From an uncultured Pseudomonadota bacterium (GTDB taxonomy: Bacteria > Oederibacteriota > Muellerivitia > Muellerivitales > Muellerivitaceae), in NCBI GenBank assembly GCA_963843375.1, contig CAWJKT010000001.1, forward strand, positions 198,445 through 262,444: 64,000 bases of DNA, read 5' to 3'. Shown here piece by piece: positions 32,292 through 42,523 of the stretch. Position 1 is the stretch's first letter. The number at the start of each line of letters is the position of its first letter. The position numbers were made by a program, and so were the translations under genes. Below the pieces are notes generated by a model. It saw only the letters and a program-made list of their open reading frames with translations. It was not told the origin of the DNA and did no database searches.

Positions 32292-33356
32292 ATGGTCAAC
32301 ATTGATACGCTTTTAAGACTAATGTTTGAAAGGGGAGCTTCTGATCTTCATATCACTGCCGGAGCGCCCCCCATGCTTCGAATTGACGGTGTTATGACGG
32401 CCACTGAGTATGAAAAGCTTCGTCCGGAAACAACCCAACAGCTTATCTATAGCATTTTAACGGATGAGCAAAAAGAGAAATTCGAGAAGGACAATGAGCT
32501 TGACGTTTCTTTTGGCGTTGAAGGAGTAGGCCGTGTTCGTATGAATGTTTATCAACAACGGGGTGCGGTTGCGGCGGCCTTGCGGAATATTCCAACTTCT
32601 ATTCGAACGTTCGAGGATTTGAAACTTCCGCAGATTGCCCAAGATATCGTGAAATTGCCGAAGGGATTAGTTTTGGTCACTGGGCCAACGGGTTCGGGTA
32701 AATCAACGACTTTGGCGGCAATGCTGGATTGGATTAACACCAATCAACAACACCACATTATTACTATAGAGGATCCCATTGAGTATGTCCATACTCATAA
32801 ATCCTGCATCGTTAATCAAAGAGAGGTTGGGACGGATACCCATACTTTTACATCGGCTTTGAAATATGCTTTGCGCCAGGACCCGGATGTCATTCTCATC
32901 GGTGAAATGCGCGATTTGGAAACCGTAAATGCTGCCTTGACCATTGCCGAAACAGGTCATTTGGTTTTCGCCACTTTGCATACGGTCGATGCGATCCAAA
33001 CAATCAACCGAATCATTGACGTTTTTCCCGCGGGCCAACAACAGCAAATTCGTGCCCAGATATCTTTCGTGCTTCAGGCGGTGCTGTCTCAGCAACTATT
33101 GCCGAAGGCTTATGGATCGGGCCGATGCCTTGCGTTGGAAGTCCTCATTCCGACAGCGGCTATTCGGAATCTTATTCGTGAGGAGAAAATCCACCAAATT
33201 TATTCGTCCATGCAAACGGGTACGGAGTATGGAATGCAGACAATGAATCAATCTTTATTCGAACTTTATCAAAAGCAACTTGTGAGTTATAACGAAATTT
33301 TCTCCCGGACTTTGGATCCCAAAGAACTACAGCGAATGGTGAAGGGTGTTATTTAA
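32292..33356 (+). CDS. pilT: Type IV pilus retraction ATPase PilT
   Basis: 354 aa. Motifs: GASDLHITAGAPPMLRIDG, Walker A GPTGSGKSTT and the GHLVFATLHT His box. Confidence 0.9.
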   Translation: MVNIDTLLRLMFERGASDLHITAGAPPMLRIDGVMTATEYEKLRPETTQQLIYSILTDEQKEKFEKDNELDVSFGVEGVGRVRMNVYQQRGAVAAALRNIPTSIRTFEDLKLPQIAQDIVKLPKGLVLVTGPTGSGKSTTLAAMLDWINTNQQHHIITIEDPIEYVHTHKSCIVNQREVGTDTHTFTSALKYALRQDPDVILIGEMRDLETVNAALTIAETGHLVFATLHTVDAIQTINRIIDVFPAGQQQQIRAQISFVLQAVLSQQLLPKAYGSGRCLALEVLIPTAAIRNLIREEKIHQIYSSMQTGTEYGMQTMNQSLFELYQKQLVSYNEIFSRTLDPKELQRMVKGVI

Positions 33357-33392
33357 TTTCACGCAGTTTTCCTTAACTTGGAAAGGTTTAAA

Positions 33393-34613
33393 ATGCCAAA
33401 TTTCAAATATAAAGCCCGAAATAATATGGGCAAAGTTATTGAAGGAACCATCGTTGCTGAAAATGAAGCCGGTGTAGCGTCCGCACTTCGCCAAAAAAGA
33501 TTGGAGGTTGTTTCAGCTTCTCCCGGCCGGTGGATTGGGTTCAATTTGGGCACGCTATAAATAAAAAAGGGGGAAAGGTAACTACAAAAGACATTGTCGT
33601 TTTTAGCCGCCAGTTTTCCACGATGGTGAACGCGGGATTGCCTATCCTTCAAGGGTTGACGATTGTGGCCGAGCAAGCAGAAAATCCGGATTTTCGCGCT
33701 GTTATGACGAAAGTTCGGGACGATATTTCCAATGGCGTGCCACTTTCCGATGCGATGGCAAAATATCCAAAAGTTTTTAGCACTCTTTATGTCAATATGG
33801 TTAAGGCGGGTGAACAGGGTGGTATTTTGGATATTATTTTTGAGAGACTTTCGGAATATATGGAGAAAGCAGAGGGTGTTACGAGAAAAGTAAAATCCGC
33901 CATGATGTATCCCGTAGTCGTGATGTCAGTGGCTTGTTTGGTGGTGATTTTTTTGATGGTAAAAGTGGTTCCGACCTTTCGCGATGTTTTTGCATCTTTT
34001 GGGGCAAAATTGCCTGCTCCAACCCAATTTCTAATTGATGTTAGTGATTTTTTGGCAAGTAAAAAATCCCTTCTCATAGTTGTTTTTATGGTTGTAGCTT
34101 GGTTTGTTATCACCATGTATCGAAAAACTAAAGCAGGAGCTTACAATTGGGATAAAATGATTTTGAGCCTTCCCGTTTTCGGGGTTTTGGTTCAAAAGGC
34201 CGCTGTGGCGAAGTTTGCCCGAACCTTGGGAACCTTGATCAAGTCCGGTGTTCCTATCATGGATGCATTAGAAACAGTCGCTAAAACTTCTGGTAATCTT
34301 GTCTATGGAAAGGGCTGTTTTCAATGCCCGAGATTCTGTAAGAGAAGGAAAGACCCTAACGCAACCTTTAAAAGAGAGCAAAGTTTTTCCGCCAATGGTA
34401 ACCCAAATGATAAATGTGGGTGAGGAAACTGGAGCTTTGGACACAATGTTGAGCAAAATTGCAGATTTTTATGAGGATGAAGTGGATGCTGCGGTTGAGG
34501 GTTTAACCTCAATTATCGAGCCCATTTTGATTGTTTTTTTGGGCGTCACAATTGGTTTTATAGTTGTTGCTATGTTTATGCCAATGTTTGAAATTGGAAA
34601 TGCTGTTGGTTGA
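33393..34613 (+). pseudogene. pilC: Type IV pilus platform protein PilC (GspF family), two frameshifts
   Basis: The fragments are 33378..33560 (true start likely ATG 33393, MPNFKYKARNNMG), 33530..34423 and 34299..34613. The frame changes fall near 33525-33545 and 34295-34320. GspF repeats are present (FSRQFSTMVNAGLPILQGL; FARTLGTLIKSGVPIMDAL), as is the C-terminus PILIVFLGVTIGFIVVAMFMPMF. Confidence 0.8.
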
Positions 34614-34619
34614 ATTCAT

Positions 34620-34650
34620 GGGCTTTGGATAAGTTGACAAGCCCTTTTTT
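34620..34650 (+). terminator. Weak hairpin plus T-run after pilC
   Basis: GGGCTT-13 nt-AAGCCC followed by TTTTTT. The stem is short and the loop long, and it overlaps the putative pilin promoter -35 element. Confidence 0.35.
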
Positions 34651-34662
34651 AAACGATAAAAT
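34634..34662 (+). promoter_or_regulatory. Candidate sigma-70 promoter for the pilin gene
   Basis: TTGACA (34634-34639), a 17-nt spacer, then TAAAAT (34657-34662). GGGAGG precedes the pilin ATG at 34732. I saw no sigma-54 TGGCAC-N5-TTGC element. Confidence 0.4.
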
Positions 34663-34731
34663 TGAGTCTGAGCTAAAGTTAGAAGGGTCATATGTGTTTA
34701 AAGACTTAGCTTAAATTAAAGGGAGGTTTTT

Positions 34732-35189
34732 ATGATTCGTTTGAAAGCAAAAGGTTTTACGTTGATTGAGCTGATGATCGTTGTCGCGATTATCGGTATT
34801 TTGGCTGCCATTGCTATTCCCCGATTTGCCCAAATGTTGGAAAAGTCGAGAGAAGGGTCGACCAAGGGTAACTTGGGAAGCTTAAAATCAGCGGCTTCTA
34901 TTTATTATGGTGACCAACAAGGGATTTGGCCGACGACTTTGCAATCCTATAGTGGTTATGCGTTCAGCCGCTATTTGGATAATATCTCGCCGGTTAAGGT
35001 TACTGGAGCTTTCGTTGCAGGAGCTGTCGAGCCCAGCTGGAGACTTAGTCACGCATGACGACCATGAGTTCGGTTCCTACTGGAAGCAACACGGGATGGT
35101 TATATGACAGTAATTTTGGAAGCGTGTACGTGAATAGCACCGTACAGGATTCCAAAAGCATTCCGTATTCTTTCTATGGATTTGAATGA
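34732..35189 (+). pseudogene. pilA: Type IV pilin (PilA-like major pilin), two frameshifts near the 3' end
   Basis: It has the class III signal and N-terminal helix MIRLKAKG/FTLIELMIVVAIIGILAAIAIP. The track ORF ends at 35058. The reading continues after shifts near 35033-35040 and 35049-35060 into …[43 protein letters not shown] (stop 35187-35189). Confidence 0.75.
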
Positions 35190-35224
35190 TTTAGGCTAGG
35201 TAGGGTTTGAAAAATTTTATGTTT

Positions 35225-35266
35225 AACAAACAATGGGTGGCATGTAGCCGCCCATTGTTTGTTTTA
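35225..35266 (+). terminator. Rho-independent terminator after the pilin gene
   Basis: AACAAACAATGGGTGGC-atgta-GCCGCCCATTGTTTGTT: a 16-17 bp stem with one G-U pair, followed by a T-rich tail. Confidence 0.7.
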
Positions 35267-35616
35267 TTCATAAAAATTTTGGGGTGATTTTATCCGAACT
35301 GCGATAATTCTACTCTTCCCAATTGTATTGGGTTTTAGTGTTTATAATTTTTTGAATTTATGTTTTTTTTGCTGGAAAGGTAGAAATCGAGTTTCTTTCC
35401 AACTTTTCCAGGTTTTTTTCTTCTGGGCGAAAAAGCCGTTCTTCGGTTTTGAAATACTCCAAAATTTAATCTTTGTGCCTGCGAAGCTTTCTTTTGTCGG
35501 AATTCCATTTCGAGACAATTTATTGGATGTTGAATCTTCGATTTTAAATCACTTTTGTCAAAGAGAATTTAAACCGCGCAAAGTTTTTTTGAATTACCTA
35601 AGGTGAGAAATATTTT

Positions 35617-36720
35617 ATGAGCCTTTTTTCAAAATCAATAGTCGGCTTGGATGTTGGAACTTCCAGCGTCAAGATCGTCCAACTTAAATTTTCTGGTAAA
35701 CAATGGCAGCTGGTGGCAGTTGGAATGGCCGATATGCCGAGTAAAGATTCTCTGGATATCAAAAACTCAGATGCCCAACGTTCTGTAACTATTGAAACCA
35801 TAAAACGCGTATTTAAAGAAAGCGGAATAAAAAACAAAAAAGTAGTGACGGCCCTTTCGGGTGATTCGGTAATTATTCGTTATGTGAAACTCCCGTTTAT
35901 GACGGCTGAAGAGCTTCGAAATTCAATTCCCAAAGAAGCCGAACAATATATTCCGTTAAACATCGACCAGGTTGTTCTTGATTTTCAAATTTTGGGTGAA
36001 ACACAGGAAGATGGGCAACGAAAATTAGATGTCTTGTTAGTGGCGGCGAAAGTTGATGTTGTGGATCAACATATCCTAATGCTTAAATCGGCTGGATTGA
36101 CTCCGGCGGTGATAGATATTGATGCCTTTGCTTTACAAAATGCCTTTGAAATTAACCGGTTGGAACCCAGTGAAGAAACCGTTGCGTTGCTTAATATGGG
36201 CGCTTCGTTAACGACGATCAACATTCTCGAAGGTAACAATACTAGGTTTACAAGAGATATTCCTGTAGCTGGGAATGATTTTACAAAAGAGATTCAAAAA
36301 GAATTTAATTTAAAGTTCTCTGAAGCAGAAGAATTGAAAAAATCCCATGGAGCAATTTCCATGGAGGAGGATGATTTTAATCTGTCTTCCGTTTCTCAAA
36401 AAGATGACCGAGTTTTAAGGATGTCCGATGTCATAACGCCGGTCCTTAACAAGCTTTTGGGTGAAATTCGACGGTCGTTTGACTACTATGAAACCCAGGC
36501 GCGCAAAAAAACGGTTGAAAGAGTAATGCTATTGGGTGGAAGCGCGAGGCTGAAAAATGTTAATCGATTCTTAGCCAACAAATTGGGAATTCCTGTTGAG
36601 TACTTTTCAACCTTTCGTAATGTAGAGTCTCAAAAGAGTATTGATTTAGAACAATTGGCCGAAAAGGAATATCATATGGGGGTTTGCTTGGGTTTGGCTT
36701 TGCGCCAAGTGGATTCTTAA
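35617..36720 (+). CDS. pilM: Type IV pilus assembly protein PilM (actin-like ATPase fold)
   Basis: 367 aa. Motifs: GLDVGTSSVKIVQL, the IDIDAFAL hinge and LLGGSARL. Confidence 0.9.
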   Translation: MSLFSKSIVGLDVGTSSVKIVQLKFSGKQWQLVAVGMADMPSKDSLDIKNSDAQRSVTIETIKRVFKESGIKNKKVVTALSGDSVIIRYVKLPFMTAEELRNSIPKEAEQYIPLNIDQVVLDFQILGETQEDGQRKLDVLLVAAKVDVVDQHILMLKSAGLTPAVIDIDAFALQNAFEINRLEPSEETVALLNMGASLTTINILEGNNTRFTRDIPVAGNDFTKEIQKEFNLKFSEAEELKKSHGAISMEEDDFNLSSVSQKDDRVLRMSDVITPVLNKLLGEIRRSFDYYETQARKKTVERVMLLGGSARLKNVNRFLANKLGIPVEYFSTFRNVESQKSIDLEQLAEKEYHMGVCLGLALRQVDS

Positions 36721-36723
36721 ACA

Positions 36724-37293
36724 ATGATCACCATAAATTTAGTTCCTGTCAAAGAACGGAAAAAGCGGAAAGATATTCTGATTATCTTTTCGGTTGCATC
36801 CGTTTTTCTGTTTATTGTTTTGATTATGGCTTACATCTATTTGCAGCGATTGAGCGTAGCCAGCAATTTAAATAAGCAAATTGACGATGTTAAAAAGGAA
36901 TCAGAGGGTTACCAAGACAAAATAAACGAAGTCAAGGAATTTGAAAATAAACAAGCAAGTGTTGATTCCTTTAAAAAAACAATAACCGGCATTTCTGAAA
37001 CACAAAGAAAAATTCTTGTGGCATTTGATCAAATGGGGGTCAATTTACCTGATGGAGTTTGGTTGACTGGTATCACACAAGGGTCGGGAAAGGACGAAAA
37101 TGTATTTTCGATCCAAGGATATTCTTTTACCGAGGAAAGCTTACAAACTTATTGTTCGAATCTTCAAAGGCCGGCCGGTTTGCTAAAGGATGTTGCCGTG
37201 GATGAAAAAACTTCAGTGGTGGCGGTAGGTACGGCAAGAAATAAGATCCATAAATTCCAAATTAATTTTAGAGTGATGGATCAAGGCACATGA
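36724..37293 (+). CDS. pilN: Type IV pilus assembly protein PilN
   Basis: 189 aa. It starts INLVPVKERKKRK and has a single TM helix followed by a coiled coil. It sits between pilM and pilO. Confidence 0.75.
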   Translation: MITINLVPVKERKKRKDILIIFSVASVFLFIVLIMAYIYLQRLSVASNLNKQIDDVKKESEGYQDKINEVKEFENKQASVDSFKKTITGISETQRKILVAFDQMGVNLPDGVWLTGITQGSGKDENVFSIQGYSFTEESLQTYCSNLQRPAGLLKDVAVDEKTSVVAVGTARNKIHKFQINFRVMDQGT

Positions 37294-37841
37294 AAATAAC
37301 ACCGCTGCAACAATATATTATCTTAGGTGTGTTTGCTTTTTTGGGTCTTGTTTTTCTTTACTATCAATTTTTATTAAAACCCATCAACAATAAAATAGTA
37401 GCGGCTCAAACGGAACTGGACGGAAAAAAGAAAGATTTAGAAGAAGCTAAAATGATTGTTGCTAAATATGTTGAATTTAAAAAACGAGAAGATTCAATTC
37501 AACGAGAACTCGAATGGATTCAAAATAGGATACCCAAAACAATCGAAAAGACAAAATTGGTGGAAGCTATAACTTTTCTGCAAAGTCGCTCTGGCGTCCT
37601 GCTAACGAGTTTCACCATTACTCCTCCGGCTTCTAAAGACACCTATACTGAAATACCGATTAATATTCAGTTGCGTTCTGATTTTAAAGGACTGATGAAT
37701 TTCCTTTATCAATTAAGCACTTCTAATCTATTGATGACTGCTCGTGGATTAAGGGTGCTTCCTTACGCACCAACCTCTACGGATGATCCGAAACTGTCAT
37801 TGTCGGCCCAAATCATAGTTAGCGGAGTTCAAGCGAAATAA
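37290..37841 (+). CDS. pilO: Type IV pilus assembly protein PilO
   Basis: 183 aa. It has an N-terminal TM helix, a coiled coil and a ferredoxin-like C-terminal region. Its start overlaps the pilN stop (ATGA). Confidence 0.7.
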   Translation: MKITPLQQYIILGVFAFLGLVFLYYQFLLKPINNKIVAAQTELDGKKKDLEEAKMIVAKYVEFKKREDSIQRELEWIQNRIPKTIEKTKLVEAITFLQSRSGVLLTSFTITPPASKDTYTEIPINIQLRSDFKGLMNFLYQLSTSNLLMTARGLRVLPYAPTSTDDPKLSLSAQIIVSGVQAK

Positions 37842-38260
37842 TGTGGAATAAAAATTTTTTAAATAAATACTATTTCCTAGTGGTCGCCATCTTTCTTTTA
37901 ACTATTGTGGTCCACGCACAGCAGCAAGATGTGCCGGAGCCCGTTTTTGTTAACTTTTCAATTCAACCCCCTTATGTTCCGGTTTATCATGGCAGGGATC
38001 CCTTTAAGCCTTTGGATAATGTAAATCGGTCTCCTCAAATTTCAATCTCTGAATTAGAGTATCATGGTGTTATAGTCATAGCGGGGAATCCAATGGCCTT
38101 ATTTACCTGGCGCGGGAACCAAGCTGTTCGATATACCCTTAAATATAGAAGATTGTATAACGATGCCGATGTGGAAGTTGATGGGGTGGTAGGAGATATT
38201 GCGGAATCTGAGATTACCTTGATTCAAGGTGACCAAAAAGTTGATTATCCAAGGAAATGA
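37841..38260 (+). CDS. pilP: PilP-like pilus assembly protein
   Basis: 139 aa. It has a signal/TM segment, the RDPFKPL motif and a beta-rich C-terminus (GVIVIAGNPMALF…VGDIAESEITLI). It lies directly upstream of pilQ. Confidence 0.55.
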   Translation: MWNKNFLNKYYFLVVAIFLLTIVVHAQQQDVPEPVFVNFSIQPPYVPVYHGRDPFKPLDNVNRSPQISISELEYHGVIVIAGNPMALFTWRGNQAVRYTLKYRRLYNDADVEVDGVVGDIAESEITLIQGDQKVDYPRK

Positions 38261-38275
38261 AAAGGAGACCATAAG

Positions 38276-40660
38276 ATGCGACGTTTTTGTTCGCACTTGA
38301 TCGGATGCCTTCTGGGATTTGGAATTCTACTTGCTAGTAATTGGATTTCGTGGGCTGATGACATTGAAATCGATATGAGCGCGGGCTCCACTCCAACCCC
38401 AAACAGAGCGTCTCCTTTAAAGGTTGTTCCGACGCCTGAAGTCACTACAAAGGATAATGAAACTCCCGTAATTGACAATTCGAAAAATGATTCCGGTTTA
38501 GCTGAAACGCCTTCCTCGAAAGAAAAAGGAGTGGGCGGAAAAAGAATTATTAATGCATTGAATTTTACGACTGAAAATAATGGCGTTAAAGTTTCAATCG
38601 AAGGAAATAATCTTCCGAAACCTTTAATTCAAAAGTTGCCGAATAATAGAATATTGTTAAAGTTTGTTAAGACAAAATTAAATATAGCGACCAAAATTGA
38701 GGGCGGGGTTTCTTTAGTGAAGGATGTTCGCTCTTCAATTCATGGTGGAACGGCATGGCTGGTTCTGGATGTCGATAATATCAAAAAGTTAAATCTTGAA
38801 AAGTCAGAGGTGGGTTTTTCATTATTTCTCAACTCGGAACAAGTTGAAAATAACGCGAATATTCCAGAAACCACTGTTCCGGTGGCTGATAGCACGGGGG
38901 ATAAACAAAAGGGTTTGTTTTCCAGGCTCGTTGATGTTTCTTTAAAACCAACCGTTAACGGTATTAAAGTGGTTTTGACCTGCGATGGTCCTTCAAAGTA
39001 TATAATCCGAAAATTATCTCAACCCGAAAAATTAATTATACGTTTTCAGGACACCAAATTAGAAATCGACGATAAATTAAAAACAATCAAAGCAAATGAA
39101 AATGAAATTCAAAAAGGTGGGTTGCTTTCAGTGGACAGTCGACAAATAGGTCCCGGTTTTTCGCCGATTTCGGAGGTTATGTTAACACTCGTTCCAGGAA
39201 CGATAAGCCAAATTGATCGGGATTTGAATCAAGTGGTTCTGAATTTGTCGGCTCCGCCGGTCGTTCAAAAACCCGAGGAGAAAAAAGGAAATCTGAATCA
39301 AATTATTTCAATGGATCTTGAAAGCGCTGATATTAATGCCGTGATTAAAACAATTGCAGGGGAAGCTGGTTTTGAAGTGAATTTTGTGGGAGGCCCTTTG
39401 ACCGGCATAGTTTCAGAAAAGTTTAAGGATATTCCTTTTAAAACAGCTCTTTCCGATTTGCTGGCTCCGGGAAATTATGGTTATGACCTTCAAGGAAATA
39501 CTCTCCGGGTTGGTCCGCAAGCTACCCTTAAAAGCACGAAGTTGATTTTGCCGCATATCACTGAAATTATAAATACTGCCGGTGGAAAAACTCCGGATGC
39601 ATTTGATACTTTGGTGAGGTCCGTTCTACCCCCATCGAACGCTTCGACTAGTTTTTTTGATACGACTCGAAATGTAATAATTTTAAATGGAACGGCTTCT
39701 GATATTGAAGAATACAAAATGGCTATTAAGGATTTGAAGCTTGATGAGGGCTCGTTTGGGGACCGGATTATTAGGGTTGTTAAGTTAAACTATGCCGATG
39801 CCGCACAAATAAGTGTCCTCTTAACACCTTATTTGACCCCTGTGGGTAAAGTTCAAATTAAAAAAGATTTACAACAGTTGGTAATTTGGGAGACTCCCGA
39901 AAGAATGGGTGTTCTTTTGGAATTAATCAATGAGTTGGATATCAAGCCGCCACAGGTATTAATTGAATCCAACATTATTGAAATTGATGATGAGAATGAT
40001 TCAGCTATGGGGGTTGTTTGGTCCGCAAATCGAGGAACAGGCAATCCTACATTTTCAGCTGGAGTTGATCTTCCTCCCACAAATACAAATGCTGCTCCAG
40101 GAATATTGAGTTTTGGAACGGTTCAGAGCGGCATGAATATTTCTGCAAATATAGAAGCGTTAGTCACGCACAAAAAAGGGAAGGTCATTTCGCGGCCCAG
40201 AGTATCGACCCAAAGTGGAATTACAGCTGAAATAAACGAAACGGAAAATGTCATTATCCCTACGATTACCCAAACTTCCGTTCCTAACGTTGGCATTCAA
40301 ACGGTCGAAACATTTACATCGGTAGCCCTTCCTATCGATCTAAAAGTGACTCCTCGCATATCGGATGACGGAAAGATTACAACTGTGATCAGTGCTTCCA
40401 TCACCACACCAAATGGAATTGCGGCACCCAACGCACCCCCGCCAACGAGTGTTCAAACGGCTACAACTACCATCACGACAAAAAATGGAGAAACAATCGT
40501 GATTGGCGGACTTGTAAGGGACGTTGTACAAGAAGAAACCGATGGATTGCCACTATTGTCTAGTCTTCCAATAATTGGAAGTTTGTTTCAAGTGCATTCC
40601 AAGACTGATCAAAAAGAAGAGTTAGTTATATTTGTCACTCCTACCTTGCTTGAAGATTAG
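38276..40660 (+). CDS. pilQ: Type IV pilus secretin PilQ with two AMIN-like N-terminal domains
   Basis: 794 aa. It has a signal peptide and two repeats of an AMIN-like module (…GVKVSIEGNNLPKP…ILLKFVKTKL…; …GIKVVLTCDGPSKYIIRKLSQPEKLIIRFQDTKL…). The secretin core at the C-terminus includes GETIVIGGLVRD and LPLLSSLPIIGSLF. Confidence 0.9.
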   Translation: MRRFCSHLIGCLLGFGILLASNWISWADDIEIDMSAGSTPTPNRASPLKVVPTPEVTTKDNETPVIDNSKNDSGLAETPSSKEKGVGGKRIINALNFTTENNGVKVSIEGNNLPKPLIQKLPNNRILLKFVKTKLNIATKIEGGVSLVKDVRSSIHGGTAWLVLDVDNIKKLNLEKSEVGFSLFLNSEQVENNANIPETTVPVADSTGDKQKGLFSRLVDVSLKPTVNGIKVVLTCDGPSKYIIRKLSQPEKLIIRFQDTKLEIDDKLKTIKANENEIQKGGLLSVDSRQIGPGFSPISEVMLTLVPGTISQIDRDLNQVVLNLSAPPVVQKPEEKKGNLNQIISMDLESADINAVIKTIAGEAGFEVNFVGGPLTGIVSEKFKDIPFKTALSDLLAPGNYGYDLQGNTLRVGPQATLKSTKLILPHITEIINTAGGKTPDAFDTLVRSVLPPSNASTSFFDTTRNVIILNGTASDIEEYKMAIKDLKLDEGSFGDRIIRVVKLNYADAAQISVLLTPYLTPVGKVQIKKDLQQLVIWETPERMGVLLELINELDIKPPQVLIESNIIEIDDENDSAMGVVWSANRGTGNPTFSAGVDLPPTNTNAAPGILSFGTVQSGMNISANIEALVTHKKGKVISRPRVSTQSGITAEINETENVIIPTITQTSVPNVGIQTVETFTSVALPIDLKVTPRISDDGKITTVISASITTPNGIAAPNAPPPTSVQTATTTITTKNGETIVIGGLVRDVVQEETDGLPLLSSLPIIGSLFQVHSKTDQKEELVIFVTPTLLED

Positions 40661-40679
40661 CGGTAATTAAACATAAAGC

Positions 40680-40707
40680 AATCACCTTCGAAGGTGATTA
40701 TCTTTTT
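40680..40707 (+). terminator. Rho-independent terminator after pilQ
   Basis: AATCACCT-tcga-AGGTGATT followed by ATCTTTTT. Confidence 0.6.
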
Positions 40708-40750
40708 ACAAATAATCAAAGCCAGCCTAAATTTCATGGAGATATGAATC

Positions 40751-41914
40751 GTGAATATACGTTTTTTAACGGCAGGTGAGTCGCACGGAAAAGGCACGGT
40801 GGCCATTTTAGAAGGTTTTCCGGCTGGATTACCTATTTCTGCTGCCGAAATAAACACAGAATTAGCGCGACGACAAAAAGGCTACGGTCGTGGAGGCCGT
40901 ATGCTTATTGAAAGCGATCATGTCGAAATACTTTCAGGTATCCGAAGAGGAGAAACTTTAGGATCGCCAATAACTTTGTTCGTTAAAAATAAAGACTATG
41001 AGAATTGGGAAAAAATCATGACTCCTGATTTTTCAAGTGAAAAAACAGGAAACCTACTTCAAAGACCTAGGCCAGGTCACGCTGATTTACCAGGGGGGAT
41101 TAAATACAATCATAGGGATTTGAGAAACATATTAGAAAGAGCAAGTGCCCGGGAAACAACCGCTAGAGTAGCGGCGGGAGCGGTCGCAAAAAAATTTTTA
41201 AAAACATTCAATATTTTAATTCAAAGTCATGTAAGACAATTGGGTTCGTCCGTATCAAACAGTAAAATTTTAAAATATGAAGGTCTTAATGAAAAAGCGG
41301 ATAAATCCCCTGTCCGAATTTTGGAAAAAAAGGCGGAAAAAAAGGCTATTGCCCTTATTGATCAAGCAAAATTAAAAGGTGATACTTTAGGCGGGATCTT
41401 TGAAATTATAATAACTGGTGTTCCTATCGGACTTGGGAGCCATGTTCAATGGGATAGGAAATTAGATGGACGATTAGCTCAATCCTTGTTGAGTTTACAA
41501 GCTATTAAAGGAATTGAATTTGGCGAAGGTTTTAGAAATGCGGGTAGATTTGGATCGGAAGTTCATGACGAAATTGCCTATAGTAAGTCTAAGGGTTTTT
41601 ATCATTTCTCAAATAACGCCGGAGGAATTGAAGGCGGAATGAGTAATGGAGAGCCTATTGTATTGCGAGTGGCCAAAAAACCCATTTCGACCCTTCGTAA
41701 GCCATTGCGGTCCGTTAATATTGAAAGCAAAAAAGAAATCAAGGCGGCATATGAACGCTCGGATGTTTGTGCCCTGCCCGCGGCAGCAGTTATCGGAGAG
41801 GCTCTCTGTGCCTGGGTTATTTCAGAAGCCTTTTTAGAGAAAATGGGCGGCGATTTTATGAAAGAAATCCAAGAACGATTTAAAGTTTATTTAAAGCACA
41901 TAAGAGAGTATTAA
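40751..41914 (+). CDS. aroC: Chorismate synthase
   Basis: 387 aa (GTG start). Motifs: MNIRFLTAGESHGKG, GYGRGGRM, RPGHAD and RSDVCA. Confidence 0.95.
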   Translation: MNIRFLTAGESHGKGTVAILEGFPAGLPISAAEINTELARRQKGYGRGGRMLIESDHVEILSGIRRGETLGSPITLFVKNKDYENWEKIMTPDFSSEKTGNLLQRPRPGHADLPGGIKYNHRDLRNILERASARETTARVAAGAVAKKFLKTFNILIQSHVRQLGSSVSNSKILKYEGLNEKADKSPVRILEKKAEKKAIALIDQAKLKGDTLGGIFEIIITGVPIGLGSHVQWDRKLDGRLAQSLLSLQAIKGIEFGEGFRNAGRFGSEVHDEIAYSKSKGFYHFSNNAGGIEGGMSNGEPIVLRVAKKPISTLRKPLRSVNIESKKEIKAAYERSDVCALPAAAVIGEALCAWVISEAFLEKMGGDFMKEIQERFKVYLKHIREY

Positions 41915-41923
41915 TCTGCAAAA

Positions 41924-42463
41924 ATGGGAAAACCTTCCAACATTATCCTTGTCGGTTTTATGGGTTCAGGAAAAACTTCAACGGGTAAAGAACTATCAAA
42001 AGCACTGGGCTACAATTTTTTTGATATGGATAATTGGATAGAAGAGAAAAATGAGAAGAAAATATCAGAGATTTTTGAGAAAAATGGAGAAGCTTATTTT
42101 CGCCAACAAGAAATAGAAGCAATCAAATGGCTCGAGGGAAAAAATGATTATGTGGTGTCAACGGGTGGTGGAACTTGGATCGATAAAAAAAACAGGGAAA
42201 ATCTTTCAAAATTGGGTTGGTGTATTTGGCTTAAAGTTGCCCCTGAAAGTTTATGGAAAAGGGTTTCAAATCATTTGGATCAGCGGCCTTTGTTGTCAAA
42301 ATCTAAAAATCCAGTTGAATATCTTGAAACATTATTAAAAGAAAGAATTCCATTTTATTCACTTGCTCAAGCTAGTTTTGATTCAAGTGAAAAGAGTCCG
42401 AAAGAAATAGCGCTTGAAATTATCGAGACCTTGAAAAAGAACCGACCATTTGACTTAACATAA
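41924..42463 (+). CDS. aroK: Shikimate kinase
   Basis: 179 aa. It has the Walker A motif GFMGSGKTSTGKEL, FRQQE and VSTGGG. Confidence 0.85.
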   Translation: MGKPSNIILVGFMGSGKTSTGKELSKALGYNFFDMDNWIEEKNEKKISEIFEKNGEAYFRQQEIEAIKWLEGKNDYVVSTGGGTWIDKKNRENLSKLGWCIWLKVAPESLWKRVSNHLDQRPLLSKSKNPVEYLETLLKERIPFYSLAQASFDSSEKSPKEIALEIIETLKKNRPFDLT

Positions 42464-42523
42464 CGATATAAACAAACTCCCGAATTTTGCAGAATTGCGA
42501 TCCAAGAAAAATATTTTTAGTTT

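Noticed and set aside
35328-35606. 92-aa ORF in the pilin-pilM intergenic region
   Set aside because: The stretch is AT-rich with T-runs and gives a Phe/Leu-rich translation. It has an alternative (TTG) start, no RBS and no recognisable motif. It more likely represents the pilM promoter and leader region.
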